From Geosiphon pyriformis uo1 (taxonomy: Eukaryota > Fungi > Glomeromycota): a stretch of 64,000 bases of DNA. The stretch is from NCBI GenBank assembly GCA_016748015.1, contig JAAOMT010000664.1:1549892-1613891 (forward strand). The letters are read 5' to 3'. The position numbers were made by a program, and so were the translations under genes. Under the pieces are notes generated by a model, which did no database searches, had not been told where the DNA came from, and saw only the letters and a list, made by a program, of their open reading frames with translations. The number at the start of each line of letters is the position of its first letter. Position 1 is the first letter of the stretch. This document shows, one piece after another, positions 9,995 through 23,837 of the stretch.

Positions 9995-12900
9995 GCATCT
10001 TCAATTGTCACACTGTTCAATTGACAATAGTCAACACAAAATCTGATTTTTCCATTTTTCTTTTTGACAAGGACTACTGGTAAGGCCCAAAGACTTCTTA
10101 ATGGTTGAATTAATCCGTTATTAAGCATTTTCTGAACTTCTTCTCTAATGAATTGGTGGCTGGCAGGTGGAACTCTGTAAGCTTGCTGACATTTTGGTGG
10201 AGCATCTTCTGTATGGATCTGATGTTGAACCATATCTGTTTTTCTCAGGTCATTGTTGTCTTTTGCAAATATATCTGCAAATTCAGCTATCAATTGTTTC
10301 AATTGTTTTTGTTGTTGAGGTTCTAAGAGACCCATGTTAATTCGAGAGAGTTTTTTTTCCAAAAAGTGGTAGTTTTCAGTAGTGGGAATGATATTTGGAT
10401 TTGGGAATAGAGTGTGTCTTACAATTTTGATGAAATTAGAGACAATTTAAGGGTTTTCATCTTGAAAAATATTGCTGTGTATGATTCCAATCTCTAGTTT
10501 ATTTAATAAGACAATAAAATAATTATTGGGGTTGTAGAATGTAACTCAAAATTTTTTTATTCCTTTGAGAATATAAATGTTTGAAATTGAGATTTCATGC
10601 TTCAAACAGATTTGTTTATTGGATTCAAAGATTTGTTGTGTAGTAGTGGGTTTTAAGCAAGTGTAAATTTCGTGATGTTCTCTAAAAAGTGAAATGGTAA
10701 TTGGCTGAAGAAGTTGAAGAATCTGGTGAGATTTATTTTGTGTATTAAGAGCTATGTTTACTGGAACTGTAAATCATCCAGTTGAACCAAAATCTTGAGT
10801 TCCTCTTTCACTTTTTCCCAATTGTTCTCTGTTGTTTACTGATTGTAAACCTAAAATGTTGATTAAGAATAAGTAAATTGCTTGAGCAATTTTTTCAGCA
10901 TGTTTAATTTTGAATGATTTGTCTGTCTCATTCTGTAACATGATAGTAATGTCTTCAGTGTATCTTGTATCTATAACTCCTCCTCTAATATTGATTCCTT
11001 TGCTTGCCAATGATAATCTGGAGACAATTTGAACCATTGCTCCTGGTAGAATTTTAAGAACAATTTTGAGATTGATTTTTGTCAAGGACTTTGGTTGGAG
11101 AACCAAAGTATTTTTTCCTAAGTATCTTAGGTCATATCCAGCATCAATTTCGTGTGCTTTTTCTGGTCTGATTCCTTGGCCATGGTTGTCAAAATATTTA
11201 AGTTATAGAGATGGTTGCTTTTCAAGAAGATAGATAGGAGTGGTTGGTAGTTTTTCTACTAGTTCAAATACTCCAAATTCGATTTCATTTTCATCATTCT
11301 CATCTGGCAGAAGAATGCTAAGAGCATAATATTCTAAACACCATTGGTCATCACAAGACATAATACATTCTTCACATAATTGAATGTTCATTTGCTCTAA
11401 TCATTGAATTTGAGCTTCTTTGGTCGGATATGTATGGCTTGCAATTTGGTGGTAGGTTTCTACTTCATCTTTATAATCAAATCCAGCTAATTCCATGGTA
11501 TACTCAATGTATTCAGCTTCTTTCATTTGACAGACATCTTCTTGGGTGGCTCTATTGATCAATGTCATTGCTAGGTCAAAAATCATTTCAGTATCATGAG
11601 GGTAGTGGTAAAGTTTATTGAAAGCACTGTTGTATGCTGCATTAAATGGTGTTCCTTTTCTGACTTTTTCCGAAATTGATAGAACATATTGACAGGTTTG
11701 ATCACATACTCCTTCTCTCATTGCAACATTAATCCAGTTGTATTCTTCTGGTAATATATCTCCACATGTAAGGCAAAGTGTTTTGTCCCATTTTCCACTT
11801 CTCTTTAGGGATCCAAATCATTCTCTATGGCATGCCTTGCAGAAATAGCAAGTGTGAGTTTTGTATTCCTCTTCTGGGGAAATACAGGCTCTCATAAATG
11901 AAAGCTTCTTTTTGCAATCTTTGCATTTTAGTGAAATATATGGTGGTTCTTTTTGTGGTTCTGGTATGGAATATCTAACTTTCTTCCATTCTCTTGATTC
12001 TTTGAAAATCTCTTGTTCTGTTTCCTCAGCCCAATTGGATGGTGATCCAAGAGCCATGTAAGTTTCAGTGAGTGGCATTTCCTTCTCTTCTTCAAATTCA
12101 AATACTGGAGCTTTTTCTGATTATTTGTTAAAGATACCACAGGTTGCAGGTACTATGGTATATTGTTCTTGGTATAAGATTTTAAGTTCTTGAGTTTTCC
12201 AGTTCAGGTTTGCATTGGTCTTGAAAAGCCAATTATTTCCGACTAGAGCTTGGTATTGAAGTGCATTTATAACAAGAACTTTAACTGGAATGGTGATTCT
12301 ATCAATTGTAAAGGGGAAATCATTAATTTCTTCTACTGAAGTCTTCTTCATATCATTAGCTGTGACAATAACTGTTTGAGCTGGTCTGTCTATGTTTTGT
12401 TTGAGTTGTTGCATCAGCTGGTAAGTAATGATACTTCCAGCCAATCCACTATCTAAAATTAAGCAAATGGGTTTTTCTTCCACTGTAGCTTTTGTATACA
12501 TAGCAGTAATTGCTTTTTGTTTATTGACTGCTATATTACTAAGCAAAAATAGTGATTTATTTGCTTCAAATTCAAATAGAAATATATCTGACAGATTGGC
12601 ATTTTGGGCAATTTGAGCTGGTGGAATGGTATGGTTGGAAGGGTTTGATCTTGGTATTGCAACTTTACTTTTAGAAAGTGCAGTTTGTTGAAAATCCGAT
12701 TCCTCTGGTATTGTAAGATAACTGGGTTGAGTGTGATAGTGATTGGGTCTTTGCTGACCAGAATTTTGGAGAACCAACTGGTTATTTGGATTGTTGTTGT
12801 TACTCTGCAATTGATTTTGGGGTGTGAATTGGTTATGTTGAATCAATTTTCTTGCTGGTACTTGATATTGTTGAGTGAGTGGTGTCTGATATGGCTGAAT

Positions 12901-14547
12901 TGGTAAAGGCTGCTAGTATTGTTGCTGTATTGGTTGTGGAGCTAGTGAATAGTAACTGTTTTGATTTTGTGGTCTTGGTAAATAATAGGTTGGTAGTGGA
13001 GATTAGTAATAAGATTGTTGTGATGAAGAGTAATGTTGATTACTCCTGTTTTGTTGGTCTCTTTGTAATTTCTTACAATCTTGTTTCCAGTGTCTTAGAA
13101 TTCCACAATAATGACAATTTTGAGATTGGTTGTTGGATGGTGATCCAAAATTGTTTTGGTTGTGTTATTGTGGGGGTTGATATCTTTGTGGTTGTTGCTG
13201 CTGTTGTTGTTGATTTGTGAAGTAGCTTTCAACCTTTTTTGTAAGTTGGTCTATCTTCTCTTCAGCTGCTGAGCTGGTTTCTCCAATTGCAAGATTTACA
13301 AGCTTGGTGTGATTTGCTTCTTCTATTGCCATTTTATAGCTCTTTACATGTCTAATAGCAGTTGCTAAGTCTGCTGAAGCATGTGGACGGACTTTCTTAA
13401 TCAGTTTGTCTTTTAACCCCACTATAAACTGATCCAGAATTTGAGCATCAAAATAGTAGTCATTGGTTTCCAATTGTCGAATTCATCTGAGAAGTTTGTT
13501 AAATCTTCTAAGATAGGTCATAACAGTTTCAGATGTTTCTTGTTTGATATTGTAAAAGCAGTTTCTGAGAGTGATAGAGGTATTGTTGTCAGTGAATTGT
13601 TGTAAAAAAGCATCTTTGAATGCTTGCCAGTTTTCAAATAGTTCTTCTAAGTTTTCAAACTATTCTCCTGCTGTTCCTTGGAAAAAGTAGGGAATTGCTT
13701 TGAGCATTCTTACTACAATCCAACCATTTGCATCTCCTGCTTTTTGAACTTTGTCAAGCCATTCTTGAGGACTGGTATCATTGTTTTTACCAGTGAATTC
13801 TGGAATTTTTGCAATGTAAGCAGTTGCCATTTCTTCTTTGTTTTCTGTGATTTCTTTTGGTTCTGATTCAGTTTCTTCACTTTTCAAGCTTTCTGAATAA
13901 TTACTTTCGTTTTTCTGTAAGTAATCAATGATATTGGCACTTGTTAATATTGGTTCTTGTTGTTGAGTAAGATTTCTAGGTGACTGAAAATCTTCTGGTC
14001 TGGAGAAATGGTTAAGTGGTAAACTTGGTATTTGTGGTTGAACAAGTGAAATTAAAAATAGTGTAATAGAAAGTGGTAATTTGATACTGGTTCCTTGTTC
14101 AGGTGTTTGCAAGTGTTTGGCAGTTGTCTTTGGTAGTATTGAAGTGTTTGGAGTGGTTCTTGAGTATTGTTTCACTTTTTGTTTGCCTTTGTTGCTTGTC
14201 TCTGTTTCTGATTCAAAGTTAAAAGAATATTTGGGCTGTACTGGGTATTTTTCTTCACAGTACTCAATAATATTAAAATTAAGTTCTTGGAAGTAAGTAG
14301 CAAGTGTTTCACTGTTCAGGTCTTCTGTTTCCAATTGTAAATAGTGCACTAAATTATTGTAGAAGTTGCTTTTAACTTCTGAAATGTTGTAATTTCCAAA
14401 AAGATAATTGTTGATGCGATTTTTAATATATTGGTATACTGATTTTTTAACAACTTCAATTCCATCTGGGATGTTAAATCTTTGCTTGCAGTGAGTGTAA
14501 ATTGACTGATAATACTCTAAAGTTGTTGTGTCTGGTGTGGTTGCCAC
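9995..14547 (-). pseudogene. Single-frame gag-protease-Zn cluster-dUTPase-RT polyprotein of element B
   Basis: ORF fragments starting at 14547, 13473, 12846, 12078, 11721, 11391, 11106 and 10362 are all in one frame, broken only by point stops. Confidence 0.9.
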
Positions 14548-14592
14548 TTTGAATTTGTTGTTGCTGTGTTATTTCCATGGGAAAGCACCAAA

Positions 14593-15591
14593 TATTACTG
14601 GAAATTTTTGGTCTCTTTTCTTGAATGTTGTAACTGTCTGTTGGTTGCAAATTTGCATTTTCTAGAAGTAGTTGAACCTCCAATAACTGAATTTATCTTC
14701 AAATTATCTCCTATAATTTGAACTGCTGGGCTTATAAATGGAATGGCCAATTCTGTGCCAGTTGCTTTGTGTAGTTATGTTGTAGTAAACATCAACTCTT
14801 TCTCAGGAATTGTTCATCTGGAAGCTCACTAAAAATGTGTAGTTACTTTGCTGTAAAAGTCAACTCTTCTACAGGAATCTTGTCTGTAGGCTACTCTAAT
14901 GATTGTAATAAGAAAAGAAAAGAAAATAAAAGAAATGTAAAAGAAATGTAAAAGAAATAAAATTCTGTCAAGGGAAACGTTTTCTATCCAGGCCTGGAGT
15001 CACTAACAGTTTACTGAAATTGGTAGCTAATCAATTTCGAAATGTTAGTTGGGTTTTGGGAATTTTCCAAGTACAATAATTAAAGAATTTGGTTTTTTGA
15101 ATTATTTGATATTTATTTCTTTTTGTGTGTATAGGAACGGTTTTAAAAGATAAATCTAAAGTAAGATACATTTTCTTGAAAAGAAAAGCTCTTCTTTTAT
15201 ACAACTTGTTGTAGTACTAGTCTATGAACTTGCACTTTTTCTCTTTGCTCAAATTTTGGCAAACTAAAGATACATTTTGATGGACTACAAGTTATTTCGC
15301 TGAACTATTGATTAATTTGGGTGAACTATTCATAATTTCGGCGAATTTCTATAAATTTCGGCGAATTTCTTATAAATTTCGGCGAATTTCTGTAAATTTC
15401 GGCGAATTTTTGAATGTTACAAAGTTTAGGGTATTGTGTAATTTGATCATTCTACTTTCTGTTATACTAATTGAATTATTTAATTGAATCGTGATATGTG
15501 ATAATTTGAAATGATATTAATATACTAATTAATTATAGGAATTATAAGAGTAATTTCATGCTAATTAATAGCTAAAATTCTACTGGTAACA
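14593..15591 (-). repeat. 5' LTR of element B
   Basis: Homologous to A LTRs; ends tattactgg...ctggtaaca; PBS TGGTGCTTTCC ending at 14590. Confidence 0.92.
15333..15410. repeat. Four tandem 20-21 bp units (T)AAATTTCGGCGAATTTCT in the LTR U3 region
   Basis: Directly visible tandem array with intact CpGs. Confidence 0.9.
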
Positions 15592-15758
15592 TCAGCATTA
15601 TTAGCATAGAGAATTTGATAATATTTTATTGATCAAATACTTCAAATAAAAATCAAAATTAACAATAGAAACATACTTTTATAAACACAAAGTTTTAGAA
15701 TTCATAAGAATCTACACAACTTTAATTAGTAGTTTTTTATTAAATTGGATTTAAAATT

Positions 15759-16767
15759 ATGTCTTGCTTTATAATAAATACCAAAGACTTACCCTGTTTA
15801 TTTGAATCTCTTACCAGTGAATATAATGAAAGTCAATTAGTAAAATATGAGACCAAAAAAAGTCAAAGATGACAACATGCATTAGTTAGTGTTGCAACAG
15901 AAAGAATAATGGAAATAACTAAGTATTTTTCTAGATTAACTATATTACTTGACTCTTTAAACAATTACTCTTTATGTGAAAGACATTATAATTAGATTGT
16001 TGTTAAAAAGTCTTTTATTAAACAAATTACTAAATCAAATGATTCAACTTTTTTAGATTTAAAAAAAACAGAAAGAAAAAGACCAAGACTTTCTAATGAT
16101 AACAAGTTGTTAGAATTAGAAAAAACTTTTTCTGATTTTAAAGTCCAAGTATTTTTGCCAAATTTAATATATGAAGTTTATATAAAATAAATACAAGAGC
16201 TAGAAGATATCAATCAGCAATTATTATTTAAGAATACAATATTAAAGAAGCAATTAGATAAAGTATTTAATAATCAACAAGATCATATTAAATTCATAAT
16301 AGAAATTGCCAAAAGAAAATAAAGTAATTTGTATAATGATATAATAAGTTTGAAAAAAAATCATGAACATTTTAGTCTAGATAGTCTTTTAGAATATTGT
16401 CCTTTAACATGACTTGTAAAACAAAATCCAGTCATTGTAAGATTTATTGAAACTTTTACACATAATGAAGATGAATATTAAAATAAAATAAAAAAGCTTT
16501 TTAAGTGTGTTGTAGCAGTTGATGCTATATACAGATTAAGGCACTTAAAATATGTTTTTGCTATTAATTTAGCCACTTCAGCAATCAAATATTCAGTAGC
16601 AAGATCGAAAATAGTCATTAATATTGATAATTATATTATAAATTCCAGTTGCTATAAAAAGTTTACTAACTGATTAGAAAGTTTGGCTATAGAATAATCA
16701 AAGCTTCCCAAAAAAATTTTATTTTTAGCCTTTGACAATGAAAAAAAAGGTCAAAAAAATCACTTAG
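15759..16767 (+). pseudogene. Decayed ~335-codon ORF, possibly the N-terminal half of a DNA transposase
   Basis: ATG at 15759; manual translation gives LPC..., LCERHYN (THAP-like CxxH), a coiled-coil-like stretch and a final LFLAFDNEKKGQKNHL; many stops; truncated. Confidence 0.45.
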
Positions 16768-17369
16768 TTGGTGTAAAAACATATTTATTGGGTATATATC
16801 AGAATCTTCATGTTCTGAGTTTTATTACTGATCACATTTCTCTTTCTAAGGAAAGATAAATTCAAACTCTGTTTCCAGTTGATTTGCTTGAACAATGTCC
16901 TATTAACAAACTTGTTCCTGGAAGATCTCATTGGGCCATTATTCTCACTTATAGGTCTGTTAATTTTTTTTTCTAATATGGAGAAAAAATAATCTTGTTA
17001 GTCAAAGTTTGATCCAAAGTAACTTCATTGATACCTGCAGCAACAGTCTCCAAAGCACTACCAGTCTCTGAAGCACCACTAATCTTCAAAGCACCAAGAG
17101 CAGCAGTACTGTACCATATGTCAACTATTATTAAAACTCTTATAATATCTGCAAACAACAAGCCAAATATAATAGTTCTATTATTGTCTTCTAATAGCAG
17201 TGGCAACTTATAAAAAAGAAGAGTAATTGAATGTTGTAATATTTCAAAAATTTTGTTTAGTGTTCTACAATTATTTCCAGAAACTTCTTTAATTTTTTTT
17301 ACTATTATAAAAAGAATGATTTCCATTGACAAATCGAGAAATCTTCCTGACTGTATTTGTATACTGGTT

Positions 17370-19240
17370 TTTGAATTTACAGATTACAGGTTATCAAAAA
17401 ATCTACTATAATTTTTTGTTAAGTTAAAAGTCAGTCTTGTAAATAATTTTCTGGTAGATCTGGTAAGAATATTTTTGGACAACAATTTTTTTAGATAAAT
17501 TAGTTATTTTGTGTATTCTGCTTTTTTGGCCATTTTTTAATGTCTAAAATTTTAGATAGCTCATGTTATTTTAATGTGGTTTAATCTTTAAAGTGATTTG
17601 GTATTGCTTTTAATAATTAATTAATGAACAAATATGGCTTGATTATGAATTAAAAAATCTTTTATTATTAAAAAAAACTGAGTTCAAAAGGTTTAGTACT
17701 AGTATAATTTATAAAAACTTTAATTTATATAAACAATCTTCATGTTGAATTTATAAGATGTGGCTTTAACTTTAGCTGTTTTGATTTTTATGACTTAAAA
17801 ATTTTTTAAATGTTTAGAAGCATTTACATAAACTATAAACAAAAAAGATTAATGTGTATATTAATAGTTTATTAAGCAATTTAAGTATTGTTAGCATGAC
17901 AAATAAAGTAGCAGTGTATTTTTCTGAAGTTAGAATAAATTTAAGTGTTAGAATTTTTGGTTTGCTGTTATCAACAATATTAGAATTACAGATTATTGTT
18001 TTGGTTTTAAAATGTGTTTTCTTTTTTTGTTTAGTAGTTTTGTATATAAACAGTCAAACTGCCATATATAAATATATATTAGAGCTTATGCTTTATGTAT
18101 CTAATTTCTAAAATAAATACTGGGTTAAGAAATAGCATATGACTAACTTAATTAAATCTAAAAACATTTCTGTTATGTAAATAAAAATCAAGAGCTATTC
18201 AGGAAATGCTAACAATAACAGAACTAATGTTTTCATAAATGTTGTAATTTAGTTTTGTATTTTTTTACTTATTAATATACATAAAAAATTATTTTGACAG
18301 ACAGTTTGGTTGTTTTAAACAATACTTATTATTTTGTTTGCAATATTTATTAAATAGTTAGTCAAGCTCAATAAGAAGCAGATCTAAATATAAGAATTTT
18401 ACAAGATTTTTTTATTTAGAACATTGATTAGTATTGTATTACTTTGGTTTAGTATTCTGATTTTTATATGTTTTTTGGTTTTACTAGCAAATTTTCAATG
18501 GCTTTTTGCACATATCTAAACTGTCAATTGCAATTAGAAAGAGATTGTATAATAAAAAGTATCTAAGTATATTGTATCTGTTTTGTAATAATATCAAACT
18601 GTCTGATCATGTTTTTACTTGTCTAAAAGATGTTTTAATGTACTTTAAAATTTTGTTGAATCATATAGAGTTGTAAAAAATCTTGATAAAATTTTATTTT
18701 CTATCAATTTTTTAGTGTTGTATACTCTTTTTTTGAAGATGTTTGACATTAGTATTTATGAAATTTTTTTGCAAAAAGTTTGTTTTTAGAGATTGAATTA
18801 ATAAAGCAATATTAAAATTTAAGAATAAAAAAAACTATAATAATAGTAACTGATTTTGTCTAATATTTTGCTAATATATATTATAGTAAGTTGTGAAATT
18901 TTAGGTTAAAATATAAGATTAATATAAAAAAAGTGGCTTGGTTATGAATAAGAAGGTGTTACCTAAGATATATGATGGCCTGTTTAGCTTTTTTTAACAA
19001 AAATAGGTTGTCTGCTTAGAATTATTGAATTTTTTGCTATTAATTTTGAATTATACAAGATTTGTTTGTTTTTTTTAAGTTTAAATAATAAATTAAAAGT
19101 TAATACAAGTGTATAATATAGTCTTAATTGGCTCAAGTAATCAGTTATATATAATAAGTACATGAGTTATATTTAGTTTGCTTTTGTATAGTAAATAATA
19201 ATTGGGCTGTACTTATTAATAAAATAAAATAAAAAAATAT
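17370..19240 (+). mobile_element. 5'-truncated, heavily decayed LINE (end of ORF2: RNase H, Cys motif, 3' UTR, A-rich tail)
   Basis: VKLKVSLVNNFLVDLVRIF and STILELQIIVLVLKCV match the ORF2 C-terminus of the 60-64 kb LINE; shared 3' UTR motif at ~19124-19150. Confidence 0.8.
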
Positions 19241-19249
19241 TTAATAAGC

Positions 19250-21330
19250 AAAACTTAATTATAATTTAATATAATATATTAAATTAAGTAATTTAAACTA
19301 GATATAACTTATGTATTTTTTATATATAACCAATTATTTAAGCCAATTAAAGCAATATTATATTGAAATAAAAAGAGCTAAAAGTAAATTTAGTCTATAA
19401 ATCCTATTAATAATACCATTTAAATTTCTAAAATTAAAAATAAACTTACTAAAAAATAACTTAGTTGTTTTAATATTATTTTTAATTTTAGTATCTAATA
19501 TATATTATAAAGTAATAATATGTTTAATAATATCTTTACTCAAAAAAAAAACTTAATAGTTAATATTCTATTATAGTTTATTTTACCAAAATTAATCTTA
19601 AACTTAAAATATATAATGTTTTTAAAAATACTAACTAAAAAATCAAAAAATTATTAGTAGTATATTTTATAGTAAGCAGATTTTTTTTTACTTAAAAAGT
19701 TTTGTTAATATATTTATTCAAAAAATTAGTAATCAAAATAACCAAAAAACCAATAGACTTAATAATAAAATTTACTAAAGTAATTAAATTTAAAATTTAA
19801 GATTTTAAGAAATTTAATTTAGATTTAATAATAAGATCAACAACAGATAATACCAAAAAAACAACAAAAAGAGAAGGCAAAAAAGTAGAAGTCTTAACAT
19901 AAAACTTTTTACCAATAAAAAAAACACAAAAAGTTTAAAATTAACAACAAACTTAATAGACAACTTAAAAAAAAGAGATAGTAATACTTTGTAATCTTTA
20001 GACAAACAATCTAATTTTTAATATTTATAATAGCAATAATATTCAGAAGTTTTTTACTAAATACAATATTTACATAAAATATTAGTTTTAATTATAATAA
20101 GTTTTAACATTTTACAAAACTCAAAAATGACAATAGCAAAACATTGATAATAATAAAAATTAAAAAAATAGAAAATAAAACAAATATGACCACTAACCTA
20201 AAAAATTATATTATTAATTTTAAAAGCAGTATAACTAAAAGAAAGATTGACCAATTAGATTTTAAAAAAAAATTCCGAATATTGTTTTTTTTAATCAGTA
20301 TAAACCAATTATTAAGAGCAACAACAATAAAAAAAAAATCTTTAAAAATTACAATAATATATTGTTACAAATTTGTAAGCTTTAATTTTTCTGAAGTAAA
20401 AACACCAAAAAATTAAGAATATTTTTAATGTTATCAAAGAATATACCAAAAAAAACATTATAAAATACAACAAAAATAAAAAAAAAAGAACCAAAAACTA
20501 CCACAGAAGATTTTGCAATCTTAAGTATGGTTAAAAAAAAATTTAATATTGTCTTAACAAAGCCAAACAACAAATAAAACAAAGAATTAACCAAGACCAA
20601 TTTAATCTTAAAAATAATATTAAACATTAAAATAGAGATTATTTACTTAAAAAACTTTTAACAACTGAAAATTGGTTTTCAAATATTATTAAAGGCAATA
20701 TCAAAAAATAAAGAAGCAAAAATTAATTTAATTTCTATTTAATCAGTCTAATTTTTAAGATCAAATAATTTAATAAGTTGTTTTGTTTTTAAAACTAATA
20801 ATAATCTACTAAAAAACACTATATTTAACAACATAATTATTAATTAATCTTAGTTTAACTTAAAATATATGTTATTATTATTATTTATATTAAAAAAAGG
20901 GCTAGTTATTATTGAAAAAAATTTATTTAAGATTTTATTTAAAATCACAAAAAAATTAGATATAACAATAGTAAATATAAGCAATTACTATTGTTTTTTT
21001 GAATTTTTGATCTTTTTAATTATTTGTAAAAAGATAATAATAGTATTATTAATAAAAACAGACAAAACTAGTCTGTTAATTAGCTTATTATTAAAAACTT
21101 TAAAGCTTTTAAAAAAAGTAAAAACAATATTAAAATTAACTTAAAAACAGCTTTTTATTATTAATATTAAAAAAAAACATTACTAAGATATTTTGCTTAG
21201 CTGTTTTAATAACAAAAAAACTTTTATTTATTAAAACTTTATTAGTTATTATAAAAAATATTATATTTAAAACTTTTTTACTCTTTGTTTTAGTTATATT
21301 TATAAAAATAAAAAAAAAAAGGTTTTTTTT
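19250..21330 (-). mobile_element. Decayed full-length copy of the ORF1-only LINE derivative
   Basis: Collinear with 56840-59100 (FKIKLVLV ~ FKIKLAYV; LKIAKS.VV); 3' UTR motif at 19324-19350; no ORF2. Confidence 0.75.
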
Positions 21331-21953
21331 TTGTATAGTTTTTATGTTTATAAATATAAATTTATATTAAATTAAATAAATTTTGTTATTTTATGTAAAA
21401 TATATATAAACTAAAAATATATTTTTTAAATATAATTTTAATAAAAAAAAATTCTGGTTATGTTAAAAAAGTATTAATTTAATTAATAAACAATAATAGT
21501 TAACATATATATATATTAAAAAATATATTTTTATTGTTTATTTTACTATTTTTAATAATTAAATTTAAATTTAAGTTATTAATAATATATTTTTTTGTTT
21601 TTATTTGGCAATTTTTTTAATTTTAGTTTATTTACAAATATTAAATTTTTGTTATTAGTTTTAAATTTTTTTTTGAAATTAAAATTAAATATGCTAAAAA
21701 AATATAAAGCTTTTTATAAATAAAATAATTAATTTAATATTTAAATTAAACTTTTGTTTTTATATATATTTTAAGTTTATATTGTTATTTTTTCTTTAAC
21801 TTTATTTTTTAAATTAAATATAAAAATAAAAGTTCTAAAAATTTTTTTTTTATTAATTTTTTGATTATAATAAAAGCATAGAATTATTGAAAAAATGGTT
21901 TTTTTTTCTTTTTTCTTTTAGTTATTTCTTTTAACACATTTCTTTTTATTACA

Positions 21954-23837
21954 ATAAAACTAATAGGCTTTTCTACTGATGATTTTAGTTTAAATTTAAA
22001 GATCTATTTAAGCACCAAGAAAAAACATGTAAAAAATGTCTATTTTTATAATATATTTTACAAAAAGCTAAAGAAGTCTAATGTAAGTTTTGGTATAATT
22101 GACTTATTTGCTGATTTTTTAAGACTTGAAAATATTGATAGATTTGATAAAAAGTCTGTAGTGTTCTAAAAAAACAAAATTGACAATAAAACTAAAAGAA
22201 TCAATAGTCTATTAAATATAAAAAAATAAAGAATATAGTTGCCAAAGAAACTAGCTATGTAAATTTAAATACTTTAATAATTAATGAAAATATAGACAAT
22301 ATAAAACTATAAAAAACTTATACTTAAATATATATATTGGATCAGTTATCAAAAACTTTATTAATTATAAATTTAAGTAATAACAATAATATTTTGATAT
22401 TTTTGTTATCTAAGTTTGATAATTTCAGACAGCTTTTATTAATTAAATTATGTGTTTTAGAAAAACAAAGTTTTAATTCAGCAAAATTTTTCACATTGAA
22501 TATTGAGCTTTCTGTTATATCTGAAAAAACTTTTGGTGATAAATTATTAAATATAAAAAATTTTTTTATTATGTTAATAGTTTTGGGAGATATTGACTCT
22601 TTCAAAATTTTTAGATATTATTAGATCATCTTTTATTTCTAAATTTAATTTAAATAAGATTAAAAAAATAACTATTGGTAAGAAAATTTTGATTAATAAA
22701 AATGTAAAAAAAATAAACAGCCATACAAATTAAGAAGTAATTATCAAGAAGATTCTTGTTAATTTTCTAAAATTAATTGTGAGATCAATTTTTTCTAAAT
22801 TTGATAAGATTGTATCAATTAAGATATAACTTATTAGTCTTTGACAAAAGATCCTGGTTGAATTTGAATTTGTTGATATTGTTGAATTAATTGTAGCTAA
22901 ATAGTTAGTTCTTATGAAAAAAAAACTTTGTTTATGTAGTTAAGACTATTAATAATAAACAAATATGAATATTTAAAGATCAATATTAGATTTTGTTATA
23001 TACTTTACTAGTTGGCACTATTGTCCATAATTTTTCTGATTTGTTAGAATTATATAGCAAAAAAATCTGTTTTATTGGTTATAATCCAAATTTATATGTA
23101 CATAACAAATATGCTATAGTTAGTTTTGCTAATAAGACATTAAAAAAATTGTTATTAATTCTACTCTAGTTTTTAAGAGTGTAAATTTACATTGGGCTGG
23201 TTTTTTTTTGGCTTATTATACTTAGTACAAACAATTTGGTTATGTTTTTGATATGTGTTTAATAAGTAAAAATTTAGATAATTACAATAAACAGATGGTT
23301 AATTTTCAGAATTAAATTTGTTTAACAAATATATATAAAAAAAAACAAATGCTAATTGTTCATTTAGTTTTATTTAGTGAAAAAACTTGGGCTTAAATTG
23401 TTGATGGCCTTTCTTTTTGTGTAATGCTTCTAGTTTCTCCAAGTGTCAGTTTATTTTTAAATATTAAACTTTTTCTATTGGTGTTTATAAAAGTAAATAA
23501 TAAGTTTGCTATTCTTAAATACAATTTCATTAATTTTATAAAGCAAATTAGTAAGCTGGTTAAGAAGTTGGATGCACTTAAACCAATAGTTTTCCAGTTT
23601 AATCTTAGATGTTAGCTATTGGTGACTTTTTTATTACAGAATTAAGAAGTGAATATAATAATAATTAAAAGTTCAAATATGGTCACTAGTAGTAAGATTG
23701 CTATAGGAACAATATCTATAAATTTGTTAATAGTTTCAAAATTAGAAAATAGTATAAAGAGTTTTTTAAACACAGTTCTAGATTTTTTGGCCAAGATAAA
23801 CAATTTTAGTCTGAGTTTGAGATTTCAGTCATCTTAA
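21954..23837 (+). pseudogene. LINE ORF1 (RRM-like regions plus decayed CCHC knuckle)
   Basis: FTLNIELSVISEKTFGDKLL...; stop at 23835-23837 overlaps the ORF2 start (TAATA, probably ancestral TAATG). Confidence 0.75.

Larger units (their letters stand above)
1..15591 (-). mobile_element. Ty3/Gypsy element B (same family as A), interrupted by A; 3' part lies left of the window
   Basis: 5' LTR 14593-15591, PBS, gag-PR-Cys-dUTPase-RT at 14547-9995; RT resumes at 172-1. Confidence 0.93.

Noticed and set aside
9976-14547. Alternative genetic code or programmed readthrough explaining the many stops
   Set aside because: All three stop types occur at differing positions between copies, at Trp/Gln/Arg codons, and the Sel1 gene reads normally; this is mutational decay.
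15333-15410. CRISPR-like array of palindromic repeats
   Set aside because: Units are directly adjacent with no unique spacers, sit inside an LTR, and no cas genes are present.
19814-21144. Short I/K/L/F-rich ORFs as real membrane proteins
   Set aside because: By-products of AT-decayed retroelement sequence.
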